DNA of 64,000 bases, taken from IMG/VR virus record IMGVR_UViG_3300023179_000011, positions 135,846-199,845 of that record. One strand, 5' to 3'. The notes below the pieces were generated by a model that had not been told where the DNA came from, did no database searches, and was given only the letters and a program-made list of their open reading frames with translations. Numbering within the stretch: position 1 is the stretch's first letter; the number at the start of each line of letters is the position of its first letter. Positions 1-9,332 of the stretch are shown one piece after another. Both the position numbers and the translations under genes were made by a program. This DNA comes from a virus.

Positions 1-115
1 CAACCGGCGGAGCACCACCAGCAGCAGCGGGATCCACCGCCGCTCCGGGCACTAATGCGGATTTTTCAAAGCGCGCCTTCGCCAGCGCAATGAGTTCGGG
101 GTTTACCGTGAACAT
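1..115 (-). CDS. 5' part of a hypothetical virion-type protein (runs off the left edge)
   Basis: GGAGG RBS, then ATG at 115: MFTVNPELIALAKARFEKSALVPGAAVDPAAAGGAPPV...; carries the K-x-A motif (EKSA). Confidence 0.6.
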   Translation of the reverse strand, partial: MFTVNPELIALAKARFEKSALVPGAAVDPAAAGGAPPV

Positions 116-135
116 ACAACCTCCATGTTTAACGC

Positions 136-3100
136 TTACGTATTATCTTCCACAATATGAACCGGGGTGTCCACCTCTATTTCGCCGCGGCGGTATGCCT
201 GTACAGCGTCCTGCTTGCTACGAAACACACGTGGTTTGGCTTTTTTACTAATCCGGCTAGACGCTAAGTATAACCCGGTTTGGTAGTCTTTGTTAGGAAC
301 GTAGTGCGCGCGAAACGTCGATGTCGCGAACAAATTCTTGCTCGGCAGCATTTTTTCAACGGCTTCTTTCGCGGCGTCTTCTGTGCTTGGAACGTGATAC
401 TGCATCGCATCACCGTCAAAGTCGGCGCCAAACCCTTTGGTGATTACAGGGTTCACTTCCATGACTTTGTTTTTAGTTAACTTGGGATAGAAAGCCATCA
501 TACCGTAGCGATGAAGTACCGGGGCGCGGTTGATAACAATCGGCCGCGACGACATCTGCTGATTTAACTCAGCAAACGCTTCTTTGTTTTTATCTTCAAC
601 GGCCTGCATAGCTTGCATGCGCGGAAGGCCGCGGCGAACAAGCCCCCGAACAACGAACGGCTTGTAAATATCCCACGCTTTCTCTTCTGGCAGCGCAACT
701 TCATCCATATCAAGGTCGGGATTTGGTGTAATGACGGCGCGACCGACAAGGTCTACCGTCGAACTGAGCAGCTTGCGCTGAACAGTGCCGTATTTTGGCG
801 AGTTACCAAACACGTGGCGTAGAAAACCTTTGACGTTGCGCTCGACGTTTTTAGGCTGCTGCGGCTCACCCAATCCGGTAACAGCCTTCATCGAGTCATA
901 CATGCTCAGCCGTTCGTCGCCGTAGTCGGCTAGCGCGCCAGAAGCTTCTTTCAGCGTATCGTTAGCGTCGAGCAATTCTTTGTACAGATAATTTGCGTCG
1001 GCCACGAGCGGTAACTTTTTGCTGCCCATCGTGCTCACGGGGCGGAAGAGCGGCGGCAGAACAGGGACTTTACTAATCATCCAGTCCTGCGGATGCACAC
1101 CAGTTGTTTCGGCGCTCTTTAAAAAGCCGAGCCTGCGCACGGCGGCGTCGCGAAGCGTCTTGCGGCCGGATTTGATATCTAACCGCGCCTGCTCGATAGC
1201 TTTCGGTAGATTAATGCGCTCTAGGGCCGCCTTAATCGCGCCCGGACCTGTCTTGTCGCCCAGCTGCTCGCGGCCGGCCAGCACGCCGCGAAACTGTTTT
1301 TCTGTCATGCCGAGCACGCGGCGAATAGGATCTTCCATCACCGGGTTCGGCATCGGTTCATGCAGCGTGATCTTGCTCCACCGATTACCGCCGTGGCCGC
1401 CAGTTAGCATCTCGTCAAACAAGCCGCCGGCGATAGGTTTGAGCCGCCCCTTCCAGTCGACGGTCTCGGAGCTTTTGAGTTCCCGCGGGCCGGCGAGTTC
1501 GTCCACGTCTTTGTCGGTCATAGCCATCAGGTTCGAGCGCGTCCCCTTGCGAACAACGTTGATACCAGACGCTTTGAGTTGATTAACAAACTTTTCGTAA
1601 ACGTGCGGGACTTTGGGCAGCGGCGGCGTATACCCGGCCATGAACTGCGACCAGTACTCGGGGTTCGCTTGCCCGCGCACCATTTTGGCGTCTCGAATAA
1701 CTTTGCCGGCGCCGTGAGAAAGTAACGCACCCAGATCAAGCATGCCGACGCGCTTGGCGCCTTCGCTACCGCCCTTGGCCGGCGTTCCTTCGGCCGTGTA
1801 AGCGCCCATCGCGCGCCCCTGCGCTTTGGATTCGCTTGTATGGTGCAGCTTCATAAAAAAACGTGTGCCCGTCAGTACGCCGCCAATCTTTCGACCGGTT
1901 TCAGGGTCGATTACGTCCTCGGTGTCTGACAGCCCGTGTTTAGCGAGTTCTTTCTGCGCAAACTCGATCAGGTCGTTTTTGTTATCAAAGTCCTTGAGTT
2001 TGTACGGCGAGCCAGTCTGCGCGGCTACTTTGCCCAGTGCGGCCTCAATGACCTGTGCGGGATTAATGCGGCTGATAAGGCCAAGCGGCGACACGAGTAC
2101 TTCAAACGCGTTACCGTCGCGATCCTTGGGCATCTGATCGTCGGGCACTATTTCGGCCACGACGCCCTTGTCACCAAAACGCCCGGTGAGTTTATCGCCG
2201 ACGTCCATGGGCGCTTGATTTTTTACAACAACGCTTACGCCTTTTTTTGTGTGCATGACGTCGGTCACAACACCCGGCGCGTGGTGTTCCCACGTAATCG
2301 TCTCGTTGGTGAAGTTGCCGGCACGCCCCCGGTGCACTTTACCGTACACCGTGTCCTTTTTCTTGGCGACAAGCACAAGCGGATCGCCAAATTTAACTTC
2401 AGTGCCTTTTTTAATCGCGCCGTTGTCGTCGAAGTTATCAAGAAACTTTTTATCGTATTCAGTTGGAAACAAACTCACGAACGCCTTCTTGCCAACGTGA
2501 GTATTGTCGTCCCACTCGGCTTCGTGCTGATACATGTGCTCAGACGTCAGCCGCTTGGAGGCAGATTCAGAGATAACAACAGCGTCTTCGTAGTTCTTGC
2601 CGCGAAACGGCAAATACGCCGTCCGCAAGTTCAGGCCAAGAGCCGCGCTACCGTTCTGATCAGTAAAGTTGGAGCGCGCCAGCAGTTGGCCGGGCTCAAC
2701 AACATCACCCGGCTTCACGAGCGGCGTCTGATGTAAAAAAGTCTTTCGGTTGTACGGCATCTCGTTATACAAATCGATTGTCTTTTTGTTGCCGTCTTTG
2801 TCGCGCAGCACAATACCGTCTGGCGTCACATCGACGACTTGCGCGCGTTCGGTCGCGCGAGTCGCGCCCAACTTCTCGCCCATCTCGTCTTCGTGCGAAA
2901 CTTTGTCGTCATCGGCTTTCGCAGACTGCAGCAGCGGCGCCTCGGCGTTTACGAGTGGCAACGCCTGCGTAAACATTCGGCTACCCATGATCACGCGATG
3001 ACCTTTGATCATCGATTTGATGGGCACCATGTTGGTCAGCGCAGAGAACGTGCTATCCATGTTCGGCAAACCAAATTGCGCTTCTTTTCGCGGCACATAC

Positions 3101-4539
3101 TTCAACTTGCCGTTTACGAGCGCCGCAACGACAGGCAAACCATTGTCTTCTTCGCCGGGGAACACGAGCGGCGTGTCGGCCAGTTCCTGCGGCGTCTTGT
3201 AGATCTTGTCGCCGGTTTTCATATCAATAACCGGCGTATAAATTTTGCCGTCGGAGCCCTTCATGGCGCCGCGGGCAAAACGCATATCAACGCCCACCTT
3301 GCCAGACTCAGGTGTGCGCAGGTAGTCAATAAACCCAAGATGACTTGGTTGCACGGAACGTGATTCAGCCGGTACAGCATCAAGCGACCCGATGCCGCCT
3401 TCGCCCATACGAGTGACACGAGTCTGGTGATCAAAAATTTCGGCTGGGTTGATCTCTTCAAGACTCGATCCAAGGCCGCTGCCAATAAGCGCAGCCGAAA
3501 TTGCTTTATCAAACACACCCGACGGAATGTGATCAATTGATTTCTTGGCGGTGGCTTTCCAAAGCAATTTGTTAAGCGATTGCCGATCTTTCGTGAACCG
3601 CTCGGCAATCAAATCTTCTGGCCCGACGACCGACTGATAAACCATGTTGTCTCGGTCGTCGCTTTCTGTTTCGCGCCGATTGACGGCAATGAGTTTCTTT
3701 GTGATCGCCAAAATTGTTTCGGGCGTCATGTTTTTGTATTCAGCGCCCAGTGTTCGACGCGTAACTTCTGGATCTAATTCCGTCTTGGCAAATTCAGCTG
3801 CAATAGCTTGCGCTTTCGCAATAGCGTCTGCGCCGGCAACCGGTTTGTTCACAAGTCGGGCGTAGATCTTGTCCATCGTGCCGGCGTCGCCCTTCTCCAT
3901 GTTGACGGCGGTAATCTCGTTGCCCCACGCTTTGCGAATGTCTTGATCAGACACGCCCATGGATTTGAGCAGCGGCATAAGCGGTATTTGTGCCTGCCCG
4001 ATGCTAATCTTGAACACGCCGGTTTTGGGGTCGAGGAAGTAACGATGTGATCGGCCTTTACCGGGTAATGTGTTTACGTGCGCTTCAATTTCGCCGTTGT
4101 CTTTTTCGCGCGTAAACACGCCGGGACGCAAACGCATCTGATGGGCAAGTGTGTACTCGACGCCGCCGTTGACGAATGTGCCCGAGTCAGTGAGATACGG
4201 CACGTGAGCAATCGTGGCACGGCGCTGACCAACCGGCTGCCCGGTTTTGTTATCAGTAAGCGTCCACGTACCCTGCAACCGGCGGGCAAGCGTCCCTCTA
4301 GAAAGGACAGCTTTCTTCTGATCTGACCGTGTAAAACGTTCAGGCCCTGAGTACCCAACGTCTTGAAGCTGCAACGTATACAGATCGTTTTGCAGCGGCT
4401 TGAGATTTTGCGCGCTATTCAGCGCCTGATTGAAAATGTTTTCTCGCATTAAACCAACGTCGCCAAACGTGCGCATTGTCGGCGCAACTGGCGCTGGCAT
4501 GGGCGTCGGCTTTAATTCGGGCAGTTCGGGGGCTGGCAT
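136..4539 (-). CDS. rpoBC: Multisubunit DNA-directed RNA polymerase: beta fused to the N-terminal (catalytic) half of beta'
   Basis: beta motifs GTFVNGGVE, TPESGKVG, GSRMFTQALPL, YEDAVVISES, GDKLTGRFGDKGVV, FMKLHH, GAKRVGMLD; then beta' motifs GGLFDE, PVLPPLFRP, VGRAVITP, NRAPVLHR and the catalytic GADFDGD. Confidence 0.95.
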   Translation of the reverse strand: MPAPELPELKPTPMPAPVAPTMRTFGDVGLMRENIFNQALNSAQNLKPLQNDLYTLQLQDVGYSGPERFTRSDQKKAVLSRGTLARRLQGTWTLTDNKTGQPVGQRRATIAHVPYLTDSGTFVNGGVEYTLAHQMRLRPGVFTREKDNGEIEAHVNTLPGKGRSHRYFLDPKTGVFKISIGQAQIPLMPLLKSMGVSDQDIRKAWGNEITAVNMEKGDAGTMDKIYARLVNKPVAGADAIAKAQAIAAEFAKTELDPEVTRRTLGAEYKNMTPETILAITKKLIAVNRRETESDDRDNMVYQSVVGPEDLIAERFTKDRQSLNKLLWKATAKKSIDHIPSGVFDKAISAALIGSGLGSSLEEINPAEIFDHQTRVTRMGEGGIGSLDAVPAESRSVQPSHLGFIDYLRTPESGKVGVDMRFARGAMKGSDGKIYTPVIDMKTGDKIYKTPQELADTPLVFPGEEDNGLPVVAALVNGKLKYVPRKEAQFGLPNMDSTFSALTNMVPIKSMIKGHRVIMGSRMFTQALPLVNAEAPLLQSAKADDDKVSHEDEMGEKLGATRATERAQVVDVTPDGIVLRDKDGNKKTIDLYNEMPYNRKTFLHQTPLVKPGDVVEPGQLLARSNFTDQNGSAALGLNLRTAYLPFRGKNYEDAVVISESASKRLTSEHMYQHEAEWDDNTHVGKKAFVSLFPTEYDKKFLDNFDDNGAIKKGTEVKFGDPLVLVAKKKDTVYGKVHRGRAGNFTNETITWEHHAPGVVTDVMHTKKGVSVVVKNQAPMDVGDKLTGRFGDKGVVAEIVPDDQMPKDRDGNAFEVLVSPLGLISRINPAQVIEAALGKVAAQTGSPYKLKDFDNKNDLIEFAQKELAKHGLSDTEDVIDPETGRKIGGVLTGTRFFMKLHHTSESKAQGRAMGAYTAEGTPAKGGSEGAKRVGMLDLGALLSHGAGKVIRDAKMVRGQANPEYWSQFMAGYTPPLPKVPHVYEKFVNQLKASGINVVRKGTRSNLMAMTDKDVDELAGPRELKSSETVDWKGRLKPIAGGLFDEMLTGGHGGNRWSKITLHEPMPNPVMEDPIRRVLGMTEKQFRGVLAGREQLGDKTGPGAIKAALERINLPKAIEQARLDIKSGRKTLRDAAVRRLGFLKSAETTGVHPQDWMISKVPVLPPLFRPVSTMGSKKLPLVADANYLYKELLDANDTLKEASGALADYGDERLSMYDSMKAVTGLGEPQQPKNVERNVKGFLRHVFGNSPKYGTVQRKLLSSTVDLVGRAVITPNPDLDMDEVALPEEKAWDIYKPFVVRGLVRRGLPRMQAMQAVEDKNKEAFAELNQQMSSRPIVINRAPVLHRYGMMAFYPKLTKNKVMEVNPVITKGFGADFDGDAMQYHVPSTEDAAKEAVEKMLPSKNLFATSTFRAHYVPNKDYQTGLYLASSRISKKAKPRVFRSKQDAVQAYRRGEIEVDTPVHIVEDNT

Positions 4540-4542
4540 CGA

Positions 4543-5400
4543 TCACCCCGCCTGCGATTGCTCAACTTGTTTCTTCAGCGCGATAATCTCGTCGGGATCA
4601 ACGTACGTCGGTAGAATGCCGGCGATACGGGCCTTCGACTTTGCGGCTTCTTCAACTGCTTTTGCGCGAGAGCGGTCGCGCGCCCGATCGTACATCAGTT
4701 TGGCTGCTAAACCACCAAGGCCCAGTCCCGCAGCGACATATGTGCCGCCGAGCGCCGCGGGTACGCGCTTGGCTGTGTCGTATGCGCTCGTTAACCAGTC
4801 CAGCAACGCCTGCTTCTCGGCCGCCGCTTTTTCGCTCGCCACGTCATAAGCGTTGTCGAGCGGTTTCGCCGCGCCGCCTGTAAGCGCGTCGTAATACTCT
4901 TTTTCTGCGGCGGCAATTTGCTCTTGCTGGTCGCGTTTCTTTTTACGTTTGTGCAGCGCTTCAATCAGTTTATATCCGCCAAGTCCGCCAAGCGTCGCCG
5001 CGCCAAATGTAGCGCCAGTGCCGAACGACGAACGGATGACGTTTGGGTCATATGAGTTTTGGCTTTTATTTGTCGCGGGCGTAAAGGGGCGTAAAAAGCT
5101 GAGCACCGAATCGGGCAGCATTTTGCCGACACCCTCGGTGATGTTGTCGTACACCCCGGCTACTTTTGTCTCAGTAATCTTGGGTGTATCTTCTTCGTCT
5201 TCTTTTTCTTCTCGCGGTTTGTTTAACGCCTGAGATAGTCCGCGGGCCAGATAATAAAGACTAGCGGCACCAGCGCCAGCGCCAAGGCTGCCAAGACCAG
5301 TGCGGATAATACGATTGCCCCAGAAACGCTGGTAATCTTGGGCTGTAGGTTGGCCAACAGCGGGCGCGGGTGGTGCAGCATTGTTTGCGAGTTTTTCCAT
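4543..5400 (-). CDS. Hypothetical Gly/Ala-rich protein, probably virion-associated
   Basis: 285-aa ORF; hydrophobic Gly-rich segments; EKLA, TKVA and EKQA motifs. Confidence 0.7.
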   Translation of the reverse strand: MEKLANNAAPPAPAVGQPTAQDYQRFWGNRIIRTGLGSLGAGAGAASLYYLARGLSQALNKPREEKEDEEDTPKITETKVAGVYDNITEGVGKMLPDSVLSFLRPFTPATNKSQNSYDPNVIRSSFGTGATFGAATLGGLGGYKLIEALHKRKKKRDQQEQIAAAEKEYYDALTGGAAKPLDNAYDVASEKAAAEKQALLDWLTSAYDTAKRVPAALGGTYVAAGLGLGGLAAKLMYDRARDRSRAKAVEEAAKSKARIAGILPTYVDPDEIIALKKQVEQSQAG

Positions 5401-5412
5401 TGATCGTGCTCA

Positions 5413-5760
5413 CTAGTGTTTGGGCGGAATCATGCCATAAACCTGCGCCCACTCCAACCACACGCGAAAATGCTTATTCTCGTCGTCCCAGTTGTCGCTA
5501 CGCTTTAACAGCCGATACCATCCGTTCACTATCTTATCATTTATGTTGTCAAATTCTGCTTTTTGAGCGGTATCCCACAGTTCAAACATCCTAGATTTAA
5601 AGTCGTACTGGATGTCGATATTTTCCAGTTCTTCTTGCTTTAAATCGGGCCGGTTACCATTACCGATGACTGGAAATCCGTCGAGGGTTCCGGGCCAGTT
5701 TAACTGCGCGTTGTTATGCTGGGGGCCGCCGATTTCGCCGTGATATTTGCGCAGGCTCAC
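5413..5760 (-). CDS. Hypothetical protein
   Basis: 115-aa ORF tightly packed between its neighbours. Confidence 0.65.
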   Translation of the reverse strand: MSLRKYHGEIGGPQHNNAQLNWPGTLDGFPVIGNGNRPDLKQEELENIDIQYDFKSRMFELWDTAQKAEFDNINDKIVNGWYRLLKRSDNWDDENKHFRVWLEWAQVYGMIPPKH

Positions 5761-5763
5761 AAA

Positions 5764-6132
5764 TCACCTTTCTGGTCGGTAGAGACGTAACTTCCTGTTT
5801 GTCTTAGCGCGGGCGGCGTACGCCTTGTAGGCGGCGGCGAGTTCGCGAGCTTTCAAATCTTCCTCGTCGATTTCGGGCTCTGTTATCTTGCCGGCGACGT
5901 GCCCGGCGAGCCCGCCGCCGATCGTGGCGAGCATAAGCGGCGTATACGCGATATTTCCAAGCGCAGAGGCCGACGAAGAAATATCTGAAAAAGACGGTAG
6001 CTGAAACGCCGCGCTTTTTACAAATACTTCAGCTGCTTTGACACGCAGATCGAGCGCGGCACCTGTTAAATGCTCTTCGGCGCAGCGGCGAAGAAACCCG
6101 AGTTTAAAAGCTTCTTTTTCGTTGACATCCAT
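5764..6132 (-). CDS. Hypothetical virion-type protein
   Basis: Likely start MDVNEKEAFKLGF at 6132, abutting the upstream stop; FKLGF and VKSAA motifs. Confidence 0.65.
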   Translation of the reverse strand: MDVNEKEAFKLGFLRRCAEEHLTGAALDLRVKAAEVFVKSAAFQLPSFSDISSSASALGNIAYTPLMLATIGGGLAGHVAGKITEPEIDEEDLKARELAAAYKAYAARAKTNRKLRLYRPER

Positions 6133-6133
6133 G

Positions 6134-6628
6134 TCAAAACTCTCCGGGCAAAATAAGTTTTTTGGTTGGCGCGCCAACAGTAAAGTCGGGCGTGGCATGC
6201 CTTCCGGTGTCTTTTCCTACCGGTAAAGCACCCGGCAACGCAGATGTAAAATTTGCGCCGCTGGCCAAAGATATCTTACTCTTTCTGCCCGGACGGTGTC
6301 GCCTGAACCACGCGTCAACGGCGGGGTCGTCGCGGTCGCCCTGTTCTTTTGCTTCTTTTGCCGCGGCGACCATGTTTTCAATGGCCTGCTGTAGTTCTGC
6401 GCGGTCGGCAGATAACCACGCGGCTTTTCCGGGGTTTTCAGCGGCTATATGCCGCAAACGCTTGGCCTCGTCGCTTATAGCCTGCGCCCGCTGTAAAAAC
6501 TCTTTGCGGGTGAGCACAAAAAACTCACCAGTTTGCTCGTCGTGCAGGCAGATGAAACCGTTTTGTGCGTAAAATTTAAGCCCGCGATACGAATAGCATT
6601 TGCCTGTTGAGCCGTGAACAGCGGTCAT
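6134..6628 (-). CDS. Hypothetical protein
   Basis: 164-aa ORF in operon context. Confidence 0.65.
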   Translation of the reverse strand: MTAVHGSTGKCYSYRGLKFYAQNGFICLHDEQTGEFFVLTRKEFLQRAQAISDEAKRLRHIAAENPGKAAWLSADRAELQQAIENMVAAAKEAKEQGDRDDPAVDAWFRRHRPGRKSKISLASGANFTSALPGALPVGKDTGRHATPDFTVGAPTKKLILPGEF

Positions 6629-6636
6629 TACACACC

Positions 6637-7047
6637 TTATTTACGTGACGTACCAGACCGCAGCGTACCGTTGGTGCCGGACGCTGTTGTAGGAACTGGG
6701 CAGCCGTCCTCGTCGCAGTCGGCTTTAACAGGCGGTAACGGATTTGCCCGCAGCCGCATTGAGGGTCGCGGGCCGGTGTTTTTCATTTCACCGGCAGTAT
6801 CGCCCGTATTAGGCTCGCAGTCGGGGCAGTCGGTCCAAGGATGGTTGCTGTCACCGGTCGGAATCTTGCCGGTGCCGTTGCAGCGCTTGCAGTCTTTGGT
6901 GTCGACAATCGGTTTGGCTACCGGCGTATCAGGAAGCAGAGAAGCATAAGCAGCCTCTGTAGCGACCACCCCGACAAAGTCTTTTTTGGGCGGTTCTGCA
7001 TGAGTCACCGGCAGTAGCGCTAAAAGCCATTCGATCATAGTGCGCAC
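6637..7047 (-). CDS. Hypothetical protein with a DnaJ-type CxxCxGxG...CxxC zinc finger
   Basis: CKRCNGTG and CPDC; hydrophobic N-terminus. Confidence 0.65.
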   Translation of the reverse strand: MRTMIEWLLALLPVTHAEPPKKDFVGVVATEAAYASLLPDTPVAKPIVDTKDCKRCNGTGKIPTGDSNHPWTDCPDCEPNTGDTAGEMKNTGPRPSMRLRANPLPPVKADCDEDGCPVPTTASGTNGTLRSGTSRK

Positions 7048-7068
7048 CTATTAAAGTTTACCAGTTCA

Positions 7069-8094
7069 CTAGATCCGACCGAGCGCGCCATAACTGCGAA
7101 GTTTTTTCGGAGGCCAGCCGTTCACGCCCGAGACCGCCACCATATAGCGATTTTTGATATCAGACCATCGAGCCCAGAAAGCGCCAACAGGAATATCAAC
7201 GACAGTCCCAAAAACACGGCGGCTTCCACCATTCCACGCACCCCAGCTGTTTTGAATTAACACTAACGGCTCGCCATAAAGTTTTTTAATATCGTCGCGA
7301 TCGTCTACGCCGAGATAGGCCATAGCGTGGGCCCACGAGCCTTTACGTTTACTTACGCCGTTTAAATCACGCTCGGATGAGAATCCCTCACTCCCGCAGC
7401 TACTTACGCAATAACCGTTGGCGAGGAGATCACGAAGCGCTTCGTACTCTTCGATCTCGGTGATCGTTTGCACGAGATGTAATTTACCGATTGCGCGCCA
7501 CGAGTCCGGCGGCGTTTTTGAACCGTATATGCCGGCATTGCGTGACGAATACTGCGTAAAATCAACACCGATTTCGTCATACTTTTTCCGCAACCAAAGG
7601 CCGCTGTCGTTTAACATAACACTGGCTGCTTCGGCGCAGCTCCAACCGTCACCGCCATGCCGGCGCCAGTTGTAAATTACTTCGGTTGACAACACGCCGT
7701 TGAGCCGCGCGGTGTCGCTTACTTCCGGGGCGCCTTCAAGCCGGCCGCTGTTCGGATCGGGCAGGCCGCTTGTAATCTCGCAACACAGCGTTCCGAGCGC
7801 CGAATTTCTGCTCGACCAACTCACACAATCGCCGCGACCTTGTGCTCCACCCGGCAGGCAGTCCGGGTAGAGCTTCAAGATCTCTAACACAGGAAGACTT
7901 AACTTTCCCTTGCCTGTCTCTTCCAGTGCGTACGCCGAGCATGCCATGGCGCCGTCTGGTATGCCGCCAGCAGCTTTAATTTGATCGCGGAGCGCTTCGG
8001 CGGCTTCTGGGTTGCCATACGCCCCCACAAAACCCGTTTCATACGCTGCCACAACGTCATAGACGTTTTCAAAAAATTGCTCAGTGTCGGCCAT
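7069..8094 (-). CDS. Papain-like (C1-type) cysteine peptidase
   Basis: QGRGDCVSW (oxyanion Gln and catalytic Cys), WAHAMAYLG (His), IQNSWG (Asn). Confidence 0.85.
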   Translation of the reverse strand: MADTEQFFENVYDVVAAYETGFVGAYGNPEAAEALRDQIKAAGGIPDGAMACSAYALEETGKGKLSLPVLEILKLYPDCLPGGAQGRGDCVSWSSRNSALGTLCCEITSGLPDPNSGRLEGAPEVSDTARLNGVLSTEVIYNWRRHGGDGWSCAEAASVMLNDSGLWLRKKYDEIGVDFTQYSSRNAGIYGSKTPPDSWRAIGKLHLVQTITEIEEYEALRDLLANGYCVSSCGSEGFSSERDLNGVSKRKGSWAHAMAYLGVDDRDDIKKLYGEPLVLIQNSWGAWNGGSRRVFGTVVDIPVGAFWARWSDIKNRYMVAVSGVNGWPPKKLRSYGALGRI

Positions 8095-8112
8095 TGTATT
8101 CTCCTGCTTAAA

Positions 8113-8439
8113 TCAGGCGGTCGGTTCTTCGCCCTTGGTTTCGCTCACAAGCGTCACGCCGAGCGTGCCCGGCTGCGCCGGCGGCAGCGTGTCTTCCGCA
8201 ACAAACGCCAGCACGGCCGGTTCGGAGCGGTTGCCGGCGTCGTCGATATCGACAACGCGCAGTTCCACCGACGAGCCCTGCGCAACTAGCACGTCACCCA
8301 GCTCCGTTGCCGACGGCTCATAGGCGCGAACCTCACGCGCTACGTCGCTGCCGTCTACGTACACCGACAGCTCACGTGTTACTACGTCAGCGTCAACAAC
8401 CGGACCAACCAAAACGCGATACGTCAAAATATCAGCCAT
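8113..8439 (-). CDS. Small beta-sandwich (Ig/FN3-like) protein
   Basis: AGGAG RBS before MADILTY at 8439; VVDIDDAGNRSEP resembles an FN3-type end motif. Confidence 0.6.
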   Translation of the reverse strand: MADILTYRVLVGPVVDADVVTRELSVYVDGSDVAREVRAYEPSATELGDVLVAQGSSVELRVVDIDDAGNRSEPAVLAFVAEDTLPPAQPGTLGVTLVSETKGEEPTA

Positions 8440-8569
8440 TGTTGTATTACTCCTAATTTGAAAAACTCTTACGTCTACTGGCGACGATGGCGCCGCAAAA
8501 AATTGCGCCATTACCACCAACAACCACACCACCAAGCACAGTAAAACGGCAGCTGTTGCGGCGCCCATG

Positions 8570-9022
8570 TTATTTAGCGACAACGACAGAACTCGCGACA
8601 ATGTCGCACGCCTCTCCTAGTTTTTTTAGCGTTTCCGGGTTACCGGGCAGAACGTCGTCTGTCCCCACTGTAGTTTTAAATACGTTTTCAATTGCAACAT
8701 CGAGGCCCGGGTATTTATTCACCTGATCAATCGCTAGCTCTAGCGTATGACCGTGCAGCTCTTCCCACTTCTCTGTCGTCGTGATGCGATCAGGCGCCGT
8801 GGGTCGTTGCAGCACTGTTTTTAATGACGTATACACGTCATAAATACGCGCGCGATCGGCGGCAGTGGCGCCGGAAAGCAATTTGACAATGTCTGCGGCA
8901 ACCGGCGCGTCAGCGACGACCGGACGAACTACCGCCGCATTAAAACTCGGCAGCTTTGGGCCGTTCGGAAAAACCAACGACACCAAAAGAATTAATCCGG
9001 CGACCCAAACAAGCTTTTTCAT
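8570..9022 (-). CDS. Exported or membrane-anchored hypothetical protein
   Basis: N-terminal MKKLVWVAGLILLVSLVF signal/TM segment. Confidence 0.7.
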   Translation of the reverse strand: MKKLVWVAGLILLVSLVFPNGPKLPSFNAAVVRPVVADAPVAADIVKLLSGATAADRARIYDVYTSLKTVLQRPTAPDRITTTEKWEELHGHTLELAIDQVNKYPGLDVAIENVFKTTVGTDDVLPGNPETLKKLGEACDIVASSVVVAK

Positions 9023-9297
9023 ACAACACCTTTTGACGGTTGTTCGTACTCAACAATTACGCGAAGCAGAGCCGTGCACGCGTCTACACCGCTATCACAA
9101 CCTTCGGCGGCCAGCTTGTCGCGAAGTTTGGTCACGGCAAGAATGTCGTTAACCAGCGGAACGGCGATCGACTCTTGAACAGCCGGACCAGACACAACGG
9201 AAGAAGCGCCGCGCAGTTTTGCCAGAATTTCTTTTCGGTACGTCGCGAGGAGCACCGCAACAAAAATACCTAAACTCACTAATTGAAACGTAGTCAT
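9019..9297 (-). CDS. Small membrane-anchored protein
   Basis: N-terminal TM segment; 4-bp overlap with the next gene. Confidence 0.7.
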   Translation of the reverse strand: MTTFQLVSLGIFVAVLLATYRKEILAKLRGASSVVSGPAVQESIAVPLVNDILAVTKLRDKLAAEGCDSGVDACTALLRVIVEYEQPSKGVV

Positions 9298-9332
9298 GTG
9301 TTCTCCAGTTTAAAGCAGGAAACGTTATTTTA

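Noticed and set aside
136-4539. Intein or intron in the RNAP gene
   Set aside because: Conserved blocks follow in order with no large insert, LAGLIDADG motif or HN-C/S junction.
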